DNA of 64,000 nucleotides, from IMG/VR virus record IMGVR_UViG_3300036841_000085, positions 1,582 through 65,581 of that record; one strand, given 5' to 3'. The notes beneath the pieces are model-generated. The model was not told where the DNA came from, did not search any database, and saw nothing but the letters and a program-made list of their open reading frames with translations. The position numbers were made by a program, and so were the translations under genes. The first letter of the stretch is position 1. The number at the start of each line of letters is the position of its first letter. Of the stretch, positions 39,205-48,935 are shown piece after piece. The DNA is from a virus. Its lineage: Duplodnaviria; Caudoviricetes.

Positions 39205-40857
39205 CTAGCCGGCGTGAACTGCTCGCGGTGGCCGGAAGCCGTTAGTGCCGTGGTCGCCGCTGCCAGCGTCATCGGCCGTGGCTCGTCCAGGAGCAAGCTC
39301 CTTGTCGGCCACACTCTTCCAGTCGTCCCGCATGCGCTTGATTACTTCGATGCTGGCGCCTTTCAGCACCGGCTCGTATGCCTCCCTGCTGAACGCATTA
39401 CCCAGCGCCCGCACTCCCTCAGCCAGGGCGTCGTTGATGAGATCCTGGCGATACGTCTCGCCGTCGACCGCCAGTGGCCGCAGGCGCACCAGGTCAGCGC
39501 CGGTCTCGCGGATGACGCGCTCGACATTCCTGTCCCAGGCACCGGTCGGTGCGAGCCCCGCCTCAACCAGCCAACCGCGCACTTGATCCATGGCACCCTG
39601 CGTGCCTTGGGCTCGTGCCGTGTCCAGAGCCGCAGTATCGCGCTCGTCGTCCATCACGTCGCCAGTCCCTCCTGGGTGATTAGGTGGCACCGCCGGTGCC
39701 TCTGGAGTAAAGCCCGGTACCACCATCGACCGGTTCGGTAGCTTGATACGATAATGCGACTCGACCAGCCGCGCCTTCTCGGGCGACAGCGTGCCCTCCT
39801 GGGTCAGCATGGTCATCGCCCTGGTGATGCCTACCACGGCCGCGCCCGGCGTGGCTCCGTCGTACACCGCTGATACCTCCGCCAGGTGAGCGCCATGAAT
39901 GTCACCGCTCGCCATGACCTTGGTATCTGAGTCGGAGCCGTCGGCATTCTGCTTGTAATACATCAGGCCAGGTACGTGGTCGCAGCGGCTGAACAGGTGA
40001 CCCAGGAATGGCATCATTTCCGAGTCGCACACTGAGCAGCGAATACTACCACCATAGAAGCCCACGCTGACATCATGGATGATGCCTGAGCGCACGCCAC
40101 GGATGAAGTCATCGGTGTTGACCGCGCCCAGGTTGAGCCCAGGAATGGTGTAGAAGTCGGCCTCCATCCGATTGCCGGTCGACGAACGCCCGTCGTAATA
40201 CTTGCCGCTGACGCTGCGGCCCAGCGGCAGGGTATTGGTGTCGTGCGCAGCCATGAAGCTAACACCATTATCGGCATCCTGCGCGAAGTTGCGCAGCGTA
40301 TCTGGCATCATGCGCGTGCCATAGGCGTCCAGGTTCATGTTGGACGCCTGGGCTCGCCAGAAGAACGGCGGCGACTCGTCGAAGATGGAATCGTCGAACG
40401 CGTGCTTATCTTTGGCCAGCTGCGATAGCTCGTCCTGGTTGACCCGCACCAGCGGCGTCCTGGCCACCCACAGCGCCCGGTCGTCGGCCTCCCGCATCTT
40501 CTCCTGGATCTTGCTCATATAGCCGTCCAGGAAGCTCTCGGCCGCCTGCTTGGTCTCGGCGCTGAGCCCATCCGTCTGCGGCAGCCTGGATTTGGCGTTG
40601 CGCACTCCGTTGGCGACCGCGTGCAGCGAGCCATTGACTGGCTTGGCGAAGGGCAACTTGTAGCCAGCCTTCTGGTTCGGATTGTCGGCATCGTATACTA
40701 CGAAGCCCTGCCTGGTCTTGCCGCCGCTGGCGCTGGGTGGTGCGTTACCGTGCCAGCCGGCCCACGACCAAATAGCAGCTTGAGCCTCCCCACCATCCCA
40801 GCTACTATTCATGTCTATTGGCAAGTCGCTGGCACCACCAACCTTCCAGTTGCTCAC
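39205..40857 (-). CDS. prohead protease/scaffold fusion
   Basis: AAHDTNTLPLGR, DVSVGF..CSVC...CDHVPG, AEVSAVYDGA; helical C-terminal scaffold-like region. Confidence 0.85.
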   Translation of the reverse strand: MSNWKVGGASDLPIDMNSSWDGGEAQAAIWSWAGWHGNAPPSASGGKTRQGFVVYDADNPNQKAGYKLPFAKPVNGSLHAVANGVRNAKSRLPQTDGLSAETKQAAESFLDGYMSKIQEKMREADDRALWVARTPLVRVNQDELSQLAKDKHAFDDSIFDESPPFFWRAQASNMNLDAYGTRMMPDTLRNFAQDADNGVSFMAAHDTNTLPLGRSVSGKYYDGRSSTGNRMEADFYTIPGLNLGAVNTDDFIRGVRSGIIHDVSVGFYGGSIRCSVCDSEMMPFLGHLFSRCDHVPGLMYYKQNADGSDSDTKVMASGDIHGAHLAEVSAVYDGATPGAAVVGITRAMTMLTQEGTLSPEKARLVESHYRIKLPNRSMVVPGFTPEAPAVPPNHPGGTGDVMDDERDTAALDTARAQGTQGAMDQVRGWLVEAGLAPTGAWDRNVERVIRETGADLVRLRPLAVDGETYRQDLINDALAEGVRALGNAFSREAYEPVLKGASIEVIKRMRDDWKSVADKELAPGRATADDAGSGDHGTNGFRPPRAVHAG

Positions 40858-41306
40858 GAGACAGCCTCTCGTACCAACGGATCGTCATCGACAGGACCGG
40901 CCACTGACGCGAGCTTAGCACCGCTAGGAAGCTGCAACAAGTCGCCGTCACTGACTCGCCACTCATTCACGCTCTTAAATCGATGACAATTGGAACACAG
41001 CAACTGCAAGAGACCGGCCTCCATGTCACGCAAGAGCCGAGAATAATGCTCGTCGCCGTCAACTCGACCGGCCGCGCCGGTGGGTACCACGTGATCACAC
41101 TCAAGCACATCAGGATGGTCGACAAAGCACTCGCCAGTGTGCCACCCACAACCGTGACAAGCACACTTGCCACCCAGACAATCAATCAACTGTTGACGCC
41201 GCCGCGCCCGTAGCTTAGCCCGTCGCGCCCGCTCCATCTCCCTAACTTGCTCCGGGTGTGCAGCCCTCCAGCGATTGACACTGGCTCGCTTCGCATCACT
41301 AACCAC
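40854..41306 (-). CDS. HNH-type homing endonuclease
   Basis: LGGKCAC...LECDHV...QLLCSNCHRFK. Confidence 0.85.
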   Translation of the reverse strand: MVSDAKRASVNRWRAAHPEQVREMERARRAKLRARRRQQLIDCLGGKCACHGCGWHTGECFVDHPDVLECDHVVPTGAAGRVDGDEHYSRLLRDMEAGLLQLLCSNCHRFKSVNEWRVSDGDLLQLPSGAKLASVAGPVDDDPLVREAVS

Positions 41307-41607
41307 GGCGAGCGCCCCTTTCCTCTATCTTTCCATTGGATTTCCTGTACGACCCGAAATAGATGGTCCTGTTCTTACCGCAGGACCCACAGCGTATGTG
41401 CGCCACGCCGTACGGTGCGTTGGATGCGCACAACTCCTGCTGACAGTACGTGCCGTTGCGCTGACGCGCACCGCACGTGTACCTCTCGACCGGCGCTCCT
41501 GGCGAGACCATGGTAGCGACCATATGCTCGCGGATAGCGCCCATCTCCAGGGCAGTAATCGAGCCGCCGGCGGCCAGCCGCTGGAAGAGTTCGGCTAGGT
41601 CACTCAC
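41299..41607 (-). CDS. Com-like zinc-ribbon protein
   Basis: YTCG...CQQEL...IRCGSCGKNRTI resembles the Mu Com zinc ribbon. Confidence 0.55.
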   Translation of the reverse strand: MSDLAELFQRLAAGGSITALEMGAIREHMVATMVSPGAPVERYTCGARQRNGTYCQQELCASNAPYGVAHIRCGSCGKNRTIYFGSYRKSNGKIEERGARRG

Positions 41608-41816
41608 ATCGGCCCATGCTGGCGATTATCGACCGCATGGGATCGACGAACATGGCTGGCCGCGTCGTGCGCTCGCCGCGTATCTACCCAGGCTCGCCTG
41701 GTGGCGCGGTCAAGCTCGCAGCACGGCCCACGGTCGCACTTCCAGACCGCTGGATGGAAGCCGCCGCAGCGCTCGCACAGGATATGCGGCTGACCCTTGC
41801 AGTCATGCGCGATCAC
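41604..41816 (-). CDS. small Cys/His-rich protein
   Basis: Coupled overlaps at both ends; CERCGGFH. Confidence 0.5.
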   Translation of the reverse strand: MIAHDCKGQPHILCERCGGFHPAVWKCDRGPCCELDRATRRAWVDTRRAHDAASHVRRSHAVDNRQHGPM

Positions 41817-42499
41817 GCGGCATCCTCCTGCACCTGGGCGGCAGTCTTTAGCTGCGTCCAGGGCGAGTAATCCGACGAGCGCTGATCGCAGTCATCACAG
41901 GTGCTCGGATCGTTCATACAGATCCAGTAGCAGTCCCAGCGGTCCGGGAACTCGTTGATGTCCCAGTAGCAGCGGCAGCGGCTACCGCAGGCGCAGCCGA
42001 AGCCGGGCTCGGCCGGCAAGTCTAGGTCGTCGAAGGTGTCGGTGCGGCCACGCTCGAATGCCTGCTTGCCGGCGGCGATATACTGCTTGGCTCGCGCCAG
42101 CAGTGCCTGCGGCGTCAGTCCACCCTGGCTCAGGTCGCGGGCGAAGCCATCCAGCCATTGGAACTGCCCGCTGATGATGCTGCCCAGCTTGCCCTTGGCC
42201 GCGTCATCCATCTGTTTGCGCCCGCCGCGACCGGCCAGGAAGCTGGCGCCCAGGGTCAGAGTGAGCAGACTCTTGAACCTGGACTGCCAGCTGGGTAGCG
42301 ACAGACCGCCGCCCGACAGCCGATTGCTGAGTCGGTCGCTGGCCTGCGCCTGTTCCTCCAAGTAGCTGTCCATGGCATCGCGCAGACTGTCGTCGTTGAC
42401 CACGTTGCCCTGGCCGTCGACGTACTTGCGGATGTCCGGGTCCCAGGTGAAGCCACCATCCGGGTCGACAAGCTGGCGAATGGTGACCGCACTGCTCAT
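41813..42499 (-). CDS. head morphogenesis protein (Mu gpF/minor capsid-like)
   Basis: Follows portal; PG...CGSRCRC and CDDC motifs. Confidence 0.75.
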   Translation of the reverse strand: MSSAVTIRQLVDPDGGFTWDPDIRKYVDGQGNVVNDDSLRDAMDSYLEEQAQASDRLSNRLSGGGLSLPSWQSRFKSLLTLTLGASFLAGRGGRKQMDDAAKGKLGSIISGQFQWLDGFARDLSQGGLTPQALLARAKQYIAAGKQAFERGRTDTFDDLDLPAEPGFGCACGSRCRCYWDINEFPDRWDCYWICMNDPSTCDDCDQRSSDYSPWTQLKTAAQVQEDAA

Positions 42500-42657
42500 T
42501 GACTGGCTGGCGCCTCCGCAGGCGTGCCTGGTGCCGGTGGTGCCGGCTCCGGCTCGGGTTCTGGCACTGGCGGCAGCGGTCCGGGCTCAGGTCCCGGCTC
42601 CGGGTGCTCGTGCTCGTCTTCGTCGTCTTCTGGCTGGGTCGGTGGTGTCTCAGTCAT
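42496..42657 (-). CDS. small Pro/Glu-rich peptide
   Basis: Hand-translated MTETPPTQPEDDEDEHEHPEPGPEPG...; GAGGT RBS and ATGA coupling. Confidence 0.55.
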   Translation of the reverse strand: MTETPPTQPEDDEDEHEHPEPGPEPGPLPPVPEPEPEPAPPAPGTPAEAPASQ

Positions 42658-42663
42658 GATACC

Positions 42664-44574
42664 TCAATCAGTGGTGGCTTCCAGCAGACCAGTGTAGGCC
42701 GCCGGCGCCTGGTTGTCCCAACTCGCACTCATGCGCCGCAGGTCGGCCGCTCCTATCTCGACCGTGCCCTGGTGTTCTGGCAGCGGGTCACCCTCCGGTG
42801 TGAATGCCTCTTCCGGAGCCCTTCCGGATGGCCTGTTGTCGCGCACGGCTACTCCGCCGTTGAGAGAGCCAGAGGCCGTCCGGTGCGCTTCCGGTGGGCC
42901 TCCGTGGGTATCGCGCCGATAGCGTAGCGCCGGACCACGCTGGGTGAGCACGCGCAGCCAGCGACCGGGTATGCCGATCTGCCTGTCGTTGCGGCTGGCG
43001 TGCAGGTCGCTCACCTTGAGGATACCTGCCTTGACCCAGCGCTCGGCACCTTCGTCGGCCGACTCGCCGCCAGATCCCTGACCTTCGCCGTCACCCTCCT
43101 GGTCCGGCTCCTGCTCCTGGTCGCTGGTGGGCGGTGGTACTTCGGTGTACATGGGCGGCAGAATGGGCGGGAAGTCCATTAGCGCCGGGTGACCAGTGAT
43201 GGCCACCGCCGCCGCGTCGTTGTCCTGCCAGCCGTACAGCACCTTGCTGATCTCGTTCAGGATCAAGGTGGCTTCGGTCTTGGCGTCACGGTCCATCTCG
43301 CTGGCTCGTAGCTCGGCGTAACGGAACTGTACCTCCGCCTGCATACCCTGCGCCCGCAGCGCCAGGCCAAGCTGTCGCTCCCACACCGACTCGGCATAGT
43401 GCTGTATGCTCTTGAAGCCGGCCGACATAATCTCCCACTCACGATTGGCCTGCGTTTCAGTGTTGCCCTGCCTGGTGCCCATCAGCACCGGCATGGTCTT
43501 GAGCGCACGTACTGTCCAGCGCTCAATGATCTCAATAATGGCAGGCAGGGCACCCAAGCTCTGCGGCGAGACCGTGCCTACCGGCCGGTTCACCTTGACG
43601 GCGCTGGTATGCACGTAGGCGTCGTCCGGCTCCAACGTGGCGTACACCTGGCGCACTTCGTCGAACACTTTGCTGACCCAGTCGCGGTACTTGATCGGAT
43701 CGGCCAGTACCGACTTGGGCGCCTCCTTCGCCACCGCCTCCAGGTCGATCTCCAGGTCGATACGTGGCATGCCCTGCTGCGCCAGGACGCGGCGCAGGTC
43801 GTGCAGCACGCCCAGTAGGAACAGTGACGAGAACAGCGCCGGCGAGACCATGGCTCGTCCGTATGGCGTGCCCATGGCCGGATCAACCGGCACGTAGCTG
43901 ATAGTCGGCCGCTGCGACAGGTCAACCCAGCCCTTGCCTTGCTGCCACTGCCCCAGCACATCCACGGTGCCGCGTACCTGGTCAACCTCCCGCTTGAACC
44001 TGACCGTGACCGGGTCTGGCACCACCAGGTCGGCGCAGTCTCGGCCGTTCTGCGCCAGGACCAACTCGCACAACAGGGCGCCACGCATGAAAAACGACAT
44101 GGCCATACGACCGTGCACCACGTCCACCGTGCCGTACAGACCGTCCAGCAGCGCCATAATCGACTCACAGTATTGCTGGGCTGCTTCGTTCTGATTGTCA
44201 GTGCCTGGCTGCAGGCAGATAAGCTCCCAGCCAGGATTGAACAAGCGCAGGAAATCCCACAGCGCCCGGCTCACGTCCGGGCTGATGTCGGCCAGGATGT
44301 TGAGCAACTGCGACGGCGACAGCTTGGCGAAGGTGTCGGCGTCCAGGTTGAAGGTCTGCCACTCCTGCTCGTAGTCGCTGGGCGGCAGGATGGCCGGCGT
44401 CGAGCCCCAGTAGCCAGGCACATAGTCCTGGGTAAGCCGGCCACGTGGCCTGGACACGCTCGCCTGGGTAATCCAGGGCTGGTCGGGCGTGTTGCTGGTG
44501 ACCGTGGCTCGCTTGGCGTACCGCCCAAGCTCGTCCCTGGCGCGGCCGTTACGGTGCGCGACCGCCTCAGCCAC
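42664..44574 (-). CDS. portal protein
   Basis: Follows terminase; PYGRAMVSPA motif; long low-complexity C-terminal tail. Confidence 0.88.
   Translation of the reverse strand: MAEAVAHRNGRARDELGRYAKRATVTSNTPDQPWITQASVSRPRGRLTQDYVPGYWGSTPAILPPSDYEQEWQTFNLDADTFAKLSPSQLLNILADISPDVSRALWDFLRLFNPGWELICLQPGTDNQNEAAQQYCESIMALLDGLYGTVDVVHGRMAMSFFMRGALLCELVLAQNGRDCADLVVPDPVTVRFKREVDQVRGTVDVLGQWQQGKGWVDLSQRPTISYVPVDPAMGTPYGRAMVSPALFSSLFLLGVLHDLRRVLAQQGMPRIDLEIDLEAVAKEAPKSVLADPIKYRDWVSKVFDEVRQVYATLEPDDAYVHTSAVKVNRPVGTVSPQSLGALPAIIEIIERWTVRALKTMPVLMGTRQGNTETQANREWEIMSAGFKSIQHYAESVWERQLGLALRAQGMQAEVQFRYAELRASEMDRDAKTEATLILNEISKVLYGWQDNDAAAVAITGHPALMDFPPILPPMYTEVPPPTSDQEQEPDQEGDGEGQGSGGESADEGAERWVKAGILKVSDLHASRNDRQIGIPGRWLRVLTQRGPALRYRRDTHGGPPEAHRTASGSLNGGVAVRDNRPSGRAPEEAFTPEGDPLPEHQGTVEIGAADLRRMSASWDNQAPAAYTGLLEATTD
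42813..42894. repeat. 82-bp dispersed element inside portal C-terminal tail
   Basis: CCGGAGCCCTTCCGGATGGC at 42813, ACGGCTAC core, TCCGG 42890. Confidence 0.85.
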
Positions 44575-44665
44575 CGTAGTTAACCCAGATCCAATGCAGA
44601 CCGAATACTGCCAGGGCGACTACAATCAGCAGCCATAAGATGAACTCCCACCTGTCATCCGACAT
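44567..44665 (-). CDS. small single-TM protein
   Basis: MSDDRWEFILWLLIVVALAVFGLHWIWVNYGG overlapping portal start. Confidence 0.5.
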   Translation of the reverse strand: MSDDRWEFILWLLIVVALAVFGLHWIWVNYGG

Positions 44666-44815
44666 ATAACGCTGTCCACGCGGCCTCCAGAGTGACATCA
44701 GCGTCTGCGGCGTGGTGTCGCCGCTCCCGGCATCCAACCAGACGCCGCGCCTGTCAGCAAGATGCACTGCGGTAGCCTTATGGCGCATGGACGAATACGC
44801 GTGCTATCGTCAAGC

Positions 44816-45334
44816 ATGAGCAGTCAACGGTACTTCCACGACTACCACGAGCGTAACAAGGAACGAATCAACGCTGCCAGGCGAGCACTGTATGCAGCTG
44901 ACCCATCGCAACGTGCCGAACATGCCAGGGTAATACACTGGCGCCTCAAGCTAGCAGCCATCCAAGCGCTGGGCGGGCGCTGCATCGGCTGCGGCGAGAC
45001 AAACCCGCTGGTTCTGTCTATCAACCATATCAACGGCACCGGTGTACCTCATGGCAAGCGACACGGACCGCTACACGCGCTGACCATATTCCGGGCCATC
45101 CGCGACGGCAAGATGGATATGACCAGCATCGACCTGCGCTGCATGAACTGCCAGGTATTGTACGAGTACGAACGCGGCGTGCTGCGTCTGCCAGAGTCGG
45201 AAGAGCACGACGAGCTATGGGCATCTCTAGCGCCTGCGCTTCAAGGTGTTGCTGGGTGCCCAGCCTGCGGCAGCACCCGTCAGCAGAATGCCATGTCCTG
45301 GCTCAACGACAGGTTCGTAATAAGCCATCAGTAG
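44816..45334 (+). CDS. HNH-type endonuclease, antisense insertion
   Basis: LGGRCIGCG...LSINHING...LRCMNCQ; extended -10 TGCTATCGT immediately upstream. Confidence 0.8.
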   Translation: MSSQRYFHDYHERNKERINAARRALYAADPSQRAEHARVIHWRLKLAAIQALGGRCIGCGETNPLVLSINHINGTGVPHGKRHGPLHALTIFRAIRDGKMDMTSIDLRCMNCQVLYEYERGVLRLPESEEHDELWASLAPALQGVAGCPACGSTRQQNAMSWLNDRFVISHQ

Positions 45335-46738
45335 CGCATCGGCATCGTCAGGACTGTGATGCAGCCGCTTGATAGTCTCGGCTTTCGACTCCACGTGAAT
45401 CCTGTTGGCTGAGTCCCTAACATATTTTGGCGAAGATAGTTCATGGCAGGTACGATCGTCCAGGCCGTCGAGACACCAGCCGGCGTCCAGGGTAAGCTCG
45501 CGGCCGATCTGCCACCACATCTGGTCGCGCAGCTTGGGGAACCTGGACGGATCACTGCTAGACGAGCCAGCGTTGACACTGATCACCACCGCGTCGTGCT
45601 CGCCGGCAGAGCGTAGCTCGTCCAGGCGCGACCAGATGCCCCAGCCGACGCCGTTACTGTCCACCTTCACCCGCTTGGCACCGGTCTGCCTGATCGCCGT
45701 CAGCACCAGGTCGGTGGCTTCTTCTGCCCTGGGCGTCTGCGCTCCCCAGCGCCGGCCTACCTTGTGACCGCGCCGCTCCCTGATAGTCGTCAGGTCGCCG
45801 CCGGCGCCCACGTCCACGCCCAGGTCCACATCGCCGTCGTCGTCCCTGTCCTGGTGCTCGCAGCCCTGCATACACGCCCGTATGTTGGAAAGCGGCACCA
45901 CGGAGCCAGGACTGTCCAGGGCGAAGCGACCGCGCACCTTGGACTGGTAGACGGCCGACTCGATACCTGCCTCTTCACGTAGCTCCCGCTCGTACTCCTT
46001 GCCGATCAACTGCTTGGAGACTATCTCCGGCACCCACTCGCCGGTGAAGTTGGGTGATTCCAGGCCGTCTACGTGCACCGTGGCCCAGCCGCTGCCGGGT
46101 CGACACACCGTGGCGAAGTGACTATGCGGGAAGTCTGGATTACCGATGGCCAGGATACGTGACGAGTCGTTGGCTGCCAGCGAGCCCGCCGCGTCGAAGA
46201 TCTCCTTGGGTACGCCGCCGGCTTCGTCAATGATGACCAGCACGTACGGCGCATGGATGCCCTGTAGGGCGGATGGGTCGTAGTCGCTGGGCTTCCGTCC
46301 CATGGCCACCATCTCGCCGTTGAGCCACCATTCGGTCTGATTAGTATGCCCACGCAGGCCGCCACGGTTGTGCGCCCGGTTGATCTCACGCCACAGGATG
46401 GCTCGCACCTGGGCCGCCGTGGGCGCCGTGGTCAGTACGAACGCTTCGCCGGCCGGGTGGGTCTCGATCCAGGCCGCTGCCAGACGACCGGCCAGGAACG
46501 ACTTGCCTACCTCATGAGCGCTGGGTACCGCCGTGCGGCGATTATCCCACACCGTCTGCGCTATCTCGCGTTGCTTGGACCACAGGTGCTCGCCCAGCAC
46601 ATGCTCGATCCAGTCGGCCGGCGTCGATGCGTATGCCTGGCGGCCAAGTACCCGCTGGCGCTTGGCCTGCATTAGCGCCGCCGCTAAGGGCAGCGCTTCC
46701 AGGACGGCCGGGCTGGTCTTGGGCCGTGGCTGCGGCAC
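45227..46738 (-). CDS. terL: terminase large subunit
   Basis: HEVGKS Walker A variant, VIIDEAGG Walker B, GVDVG and SPDDADAL nuclease motifs. Confidence 0.95.
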   Translation of the reverse strand: MPQPRPKTSPAVLEALPLAAALMQAKRQRVLGRQAYASTPADWIEHVLGEHLWSKQREIAQTVWDNRRTAVPSAHEVGKSFLAGRLAAAWIETHPAGEAFVLTTAPTAAQVRAILWREINRAHNRGGLRGHTNQTEWWLNGEMVAMGRKPSDYDPSALQGIHAPYVLVIIDEAGGVPKEIFDAAGSLAANDSSRILAIGNPDFPHSHFATVCRPGSGWATVHVDGLESPNFTGEWVPEIVSKQLIGKEYERELREEAGIESAVYQSKVRGRFALDSPGSVVPLSNIRACMQGCEHQDRDDDGDVDLGVDVGAGGDLTTIRERRGHKVGRRWGAQTPRAEEATDLVLTAIRQTGAKRVKVDSNGVGWGIWSRLDELRSAGEHDAVVISVNAGSSSSDPSRFPKLRDQMWWQIGRELTLDAGWCLDGLDDRTCHELSSPKYVRDSANRIHVESKAETIKRLHHSPDDADALLMAYYEPVVEPGHGILLTGAAAGWAPSNTLKRRR

Positions 46739-47271
46739 TACGACACCAGCTGGTCGCTGTGCCCGCTGGCGATATCCGCCGCCGTCTGCAGTAGCTCCTG
46801 CGGATCGAGCCCAAGCTGGGCTGCCAGATCCTTAGCTGCCTCCTGCGCTTTGAACGAGAAGTCCACCCGCTCGCGGTACTTGTCTGGCCGGTTGGCTTTC
46901 AGTAGGAAGATCAGCAGCGTGTCGCTGTACTCACGGATGAAGCCCACCCGAATGCCCGCCTGGTACACCGGCTTGAGATTACCGTGCCAAGCTCGCCTGA
47001 CCGCCTCCTGCTCTAGCTGGTCAGCGAATGACTCCTTAGCCTGCTGCTCCCTGACGCAGAACTCGCCATCCTCCCGCCACAGGTACACCGTATTGGTGCT
47101 CACCTTGGCTGCCTTGGCACCCGCTGTCAGCGTGCCGACCATGGACAATGCCCGCAAATACCGTACCTTTTTGCGCTCTATCTCGTCTATCTTGTCCTGG
47201 TCGGCACCTGGTCCTGGTGGCAGCGCTTGGGTCACCCTGGCAGCGTATCCGACGCCCAGGCGCGGCGTCAA
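46738..47271 (-). CDS. terS: terminase small subunit
   Basis: HTH (AAKVSTNTVYLWR), EAVRRA, YSDTLLIFLLKANRPDKYRE. Confidence 0.9.
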   Translation of the reverse strand: MTPRLGVGYAARVTQALPPGPGADQDKIDEIERKKVRYLRALSMVGTLTAGAKAAKVSTNTVYLWREDGEFCVREQQAKESFADQLEQEAVRRAWHGNLKPVYQAGIRVGFIREYSDTLLIFLLKANRPDKYRERVDFSFKAQEAAKDLAAQLGLDPQELLQTAADIASGHSDQLVS

Positions 47272-47280
47272 GAGCCATTG

Positions 47281-47345
47281 TTAACTACTGTTAATAAACT
47301 GTTACCACCTACTTAGTCACACGCGGCCATTCCATGTGATTTAAT
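47281..47345 (+). promoter_or_regulatory. phased-YTAAY promoter 5
   Basis: TTAAC 47281, TTAAT 47291, TTACC 47302, TTAGT 47313; TGTGATTTAAT 47335-47345. Confidence 0.85.
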
Positions 47346-47376
47346 TGTACCAACAAGCGAGAAACGAGACACACCA

Positions 47377-47976
47377 ATGACCACCCTCACCGCTACCACC
47401 CCGTTCGGCACCTTCACCCGCGACACGCACACCGCCTACACCCACGTCGCGATCTTCTCGGGCGACATCCGCCTGGTCGGATCGGCTGGCATCGCCGCCC
47501 GCCGCAAGGGACTGCCCACCACGGTCGAGTTCGGCGCGGTCTGGAGCCGCAGCGAGCGCAACGCCCGCAAGGCCAAGATCGGCTACAGCCCCAATGCCAA
47601 GCTGGAAGGCGTCTTCCCGGTCGACGCCCTGGCGCCCGCCGTCGCCGCGATGTTCGTCGTCCCGGAGCCCACGCCCGAGCCGGAGCCCGAACCAGTCGTC
47701 GAGCAGACCCACGTCGAGTCGGTGCTGACCCGCGAAGAGGCACTCTGGATGATCAACACCAGCTACACCGCCCGACAGGTCGGCAAGAGCTACACGCACC
47801 AACTCAAGCACGACCGCAAAGACGAGACCCTGGCTCGCACCTACTGCGGCGTGCCGGTCAAGGGCGCCAGCCAGAACTGGCTCCGCACCAGCGACAGCCT
47901 CAGCTGCCCGACCTGCGTGGCGACCAAAGCCAAGCTCGCCCGCAAGAGCGCCAAGATCCTGGCGAAGGCGGCCTAA
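47377..47976 (+). CDS. zinc-finger protein, paralogue A
   Basis: GTFTRDT..AYTH N-terminus; THQLK...RTYCGVPV...CPTC. Confidence 0.85.
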   Translation: MTTLTATTPFGTFTRDTHTAYTHVAIFSGDIRLVGSAGIAARRKGLPTTVEFGAVWSRSERNARKAKIGYSPNAKLEGVFPVDALAPAVAAMFVVPEPTPEPEPEPVVEQTHVESVLTREEALWMINTSYTARQVGKSYTHQLKHDRKDETLARTYCGVPVKGASQNWLRTSDSLSCPTCVATKAKLARKSAKILAKAA

Positions 47977-47994
47977 CCAGCCGCCCGCCTGGGC

Positions 47995-48070
47995 CTAACT
48001 GAGTGCTAACGGTACCTAATCAACTGTTAACACTCAGTTAGTCCCACGAGCCCATCCGATGTGATTTAAT
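47995..48070 (+). promoter_or_regulatory. phased-YTAAY promoter 6
   Basis: CTAAC 47995, CTAAC 48006, CTAAT 48016, TTAAC 48027, TTAGT 48038; TGTGATTTAAT 48060-48070. Confidence 0.85.
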
Positions 48071-48102
48071 TGTACCAACAAGCGAGAAACGGAACCCCAC
48101 CA

Positions 48103-48933
48103 ATGACCAAGCCAATCCTCACCGCCCACACCGCCTACGGCACCTTCACCCGCCAGACCGACCGCCCGTACACCCACCTGGTGATCTTCCTCCCGGCCGA
48201 AGGCCAGGGCGAAGCCGAGCAGTGCTCCTGGCACCTGACCGAGTCGGCCGCGTTCGCGCAGAGCCGCAAACTGGCCAAGTTGAACAGCGACCGCAACCTG
48301 GTCCCCGGCCAGTACGCCGTGGCCGCAATCGAGCACCCGGCCCCCTCACAGGAAGTAGTGCCCAGCACTACCGTCATGGACACTGAGCCAGGCAGCCCAG
48401 CCGCCGCGCTCAAGGCCGAACTCGCCGCCGCCAGCGAGACCGAGACCACCCCGGTTGACACGGAGACCACTCCGGAGCCCCAGGAGACCACGGAAGCCGT
48501 CGCCACGGCTGACGAGCCCACCGACAACCTGAGCGACTACGTGACGCCCGGAGAGGTCCTGACGCGAGAAAATGCCGTGGGGCTGGTCGACACCGACTGG
48601 CTAGTGCGGCAGGTCGGCAAGGCGCTGACCCACAAGGTGAAGCTCGACAAGAAGGATCCCACCCTGGCACGGACGCTGTGCGGCGTGCCGGTCCACGGCG
48701 CCAGCCAGAACTGGCTCGCCATCCAGCCGGTCGACGGCCTGACCTGCCCCACCTGCCGAGCGGCCGCCGCCAAGGTCGCTCCGGCGACTACCCCGGCCGG
48801 CCAGGAGACCGTCACCGACCAGGGCGGCGTCACCTGGGTACCAGTGGGCTGCGACCGCTGCGGCCGCACCGGGTTCGCCACCAACCGCAAGATGATGAAC
48901 CACCGGGCGCAGTGCCGGGCGCTGGGCCGGTAA
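48103..48933 (+). CDS. zinc-finger protein, paralogue B
   Basis: Same N- and C-domains as 47377 plus extra CDRC...H finger. Confidence 0.85.
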   Translation: MTKPILTAHTAYGTFTRQTDRPYTHLVIFLPAEGQGEAEQCSWHLTESAAFAQSRKLAKLNSDRNLVPGQYAVAAIEHPAPSQEVVPSTTVMDTEPGSPAAALKAELAAASETETTPVDTETTPEPQETTEAVATADEPTDNLSDYVTPGEVLTRENAVGLVDTDWLVRQVGKALTHKVKLDKKDPTLARTLCGVPVHGASQNWLAIQPVDGLTCPTCRAAAAKVAPATTPAGQETVTDQGGVTWVPVGCDRCGRTGFATNRKMMNHRAQCRALGR

Positions 48934-48935
48934 TC

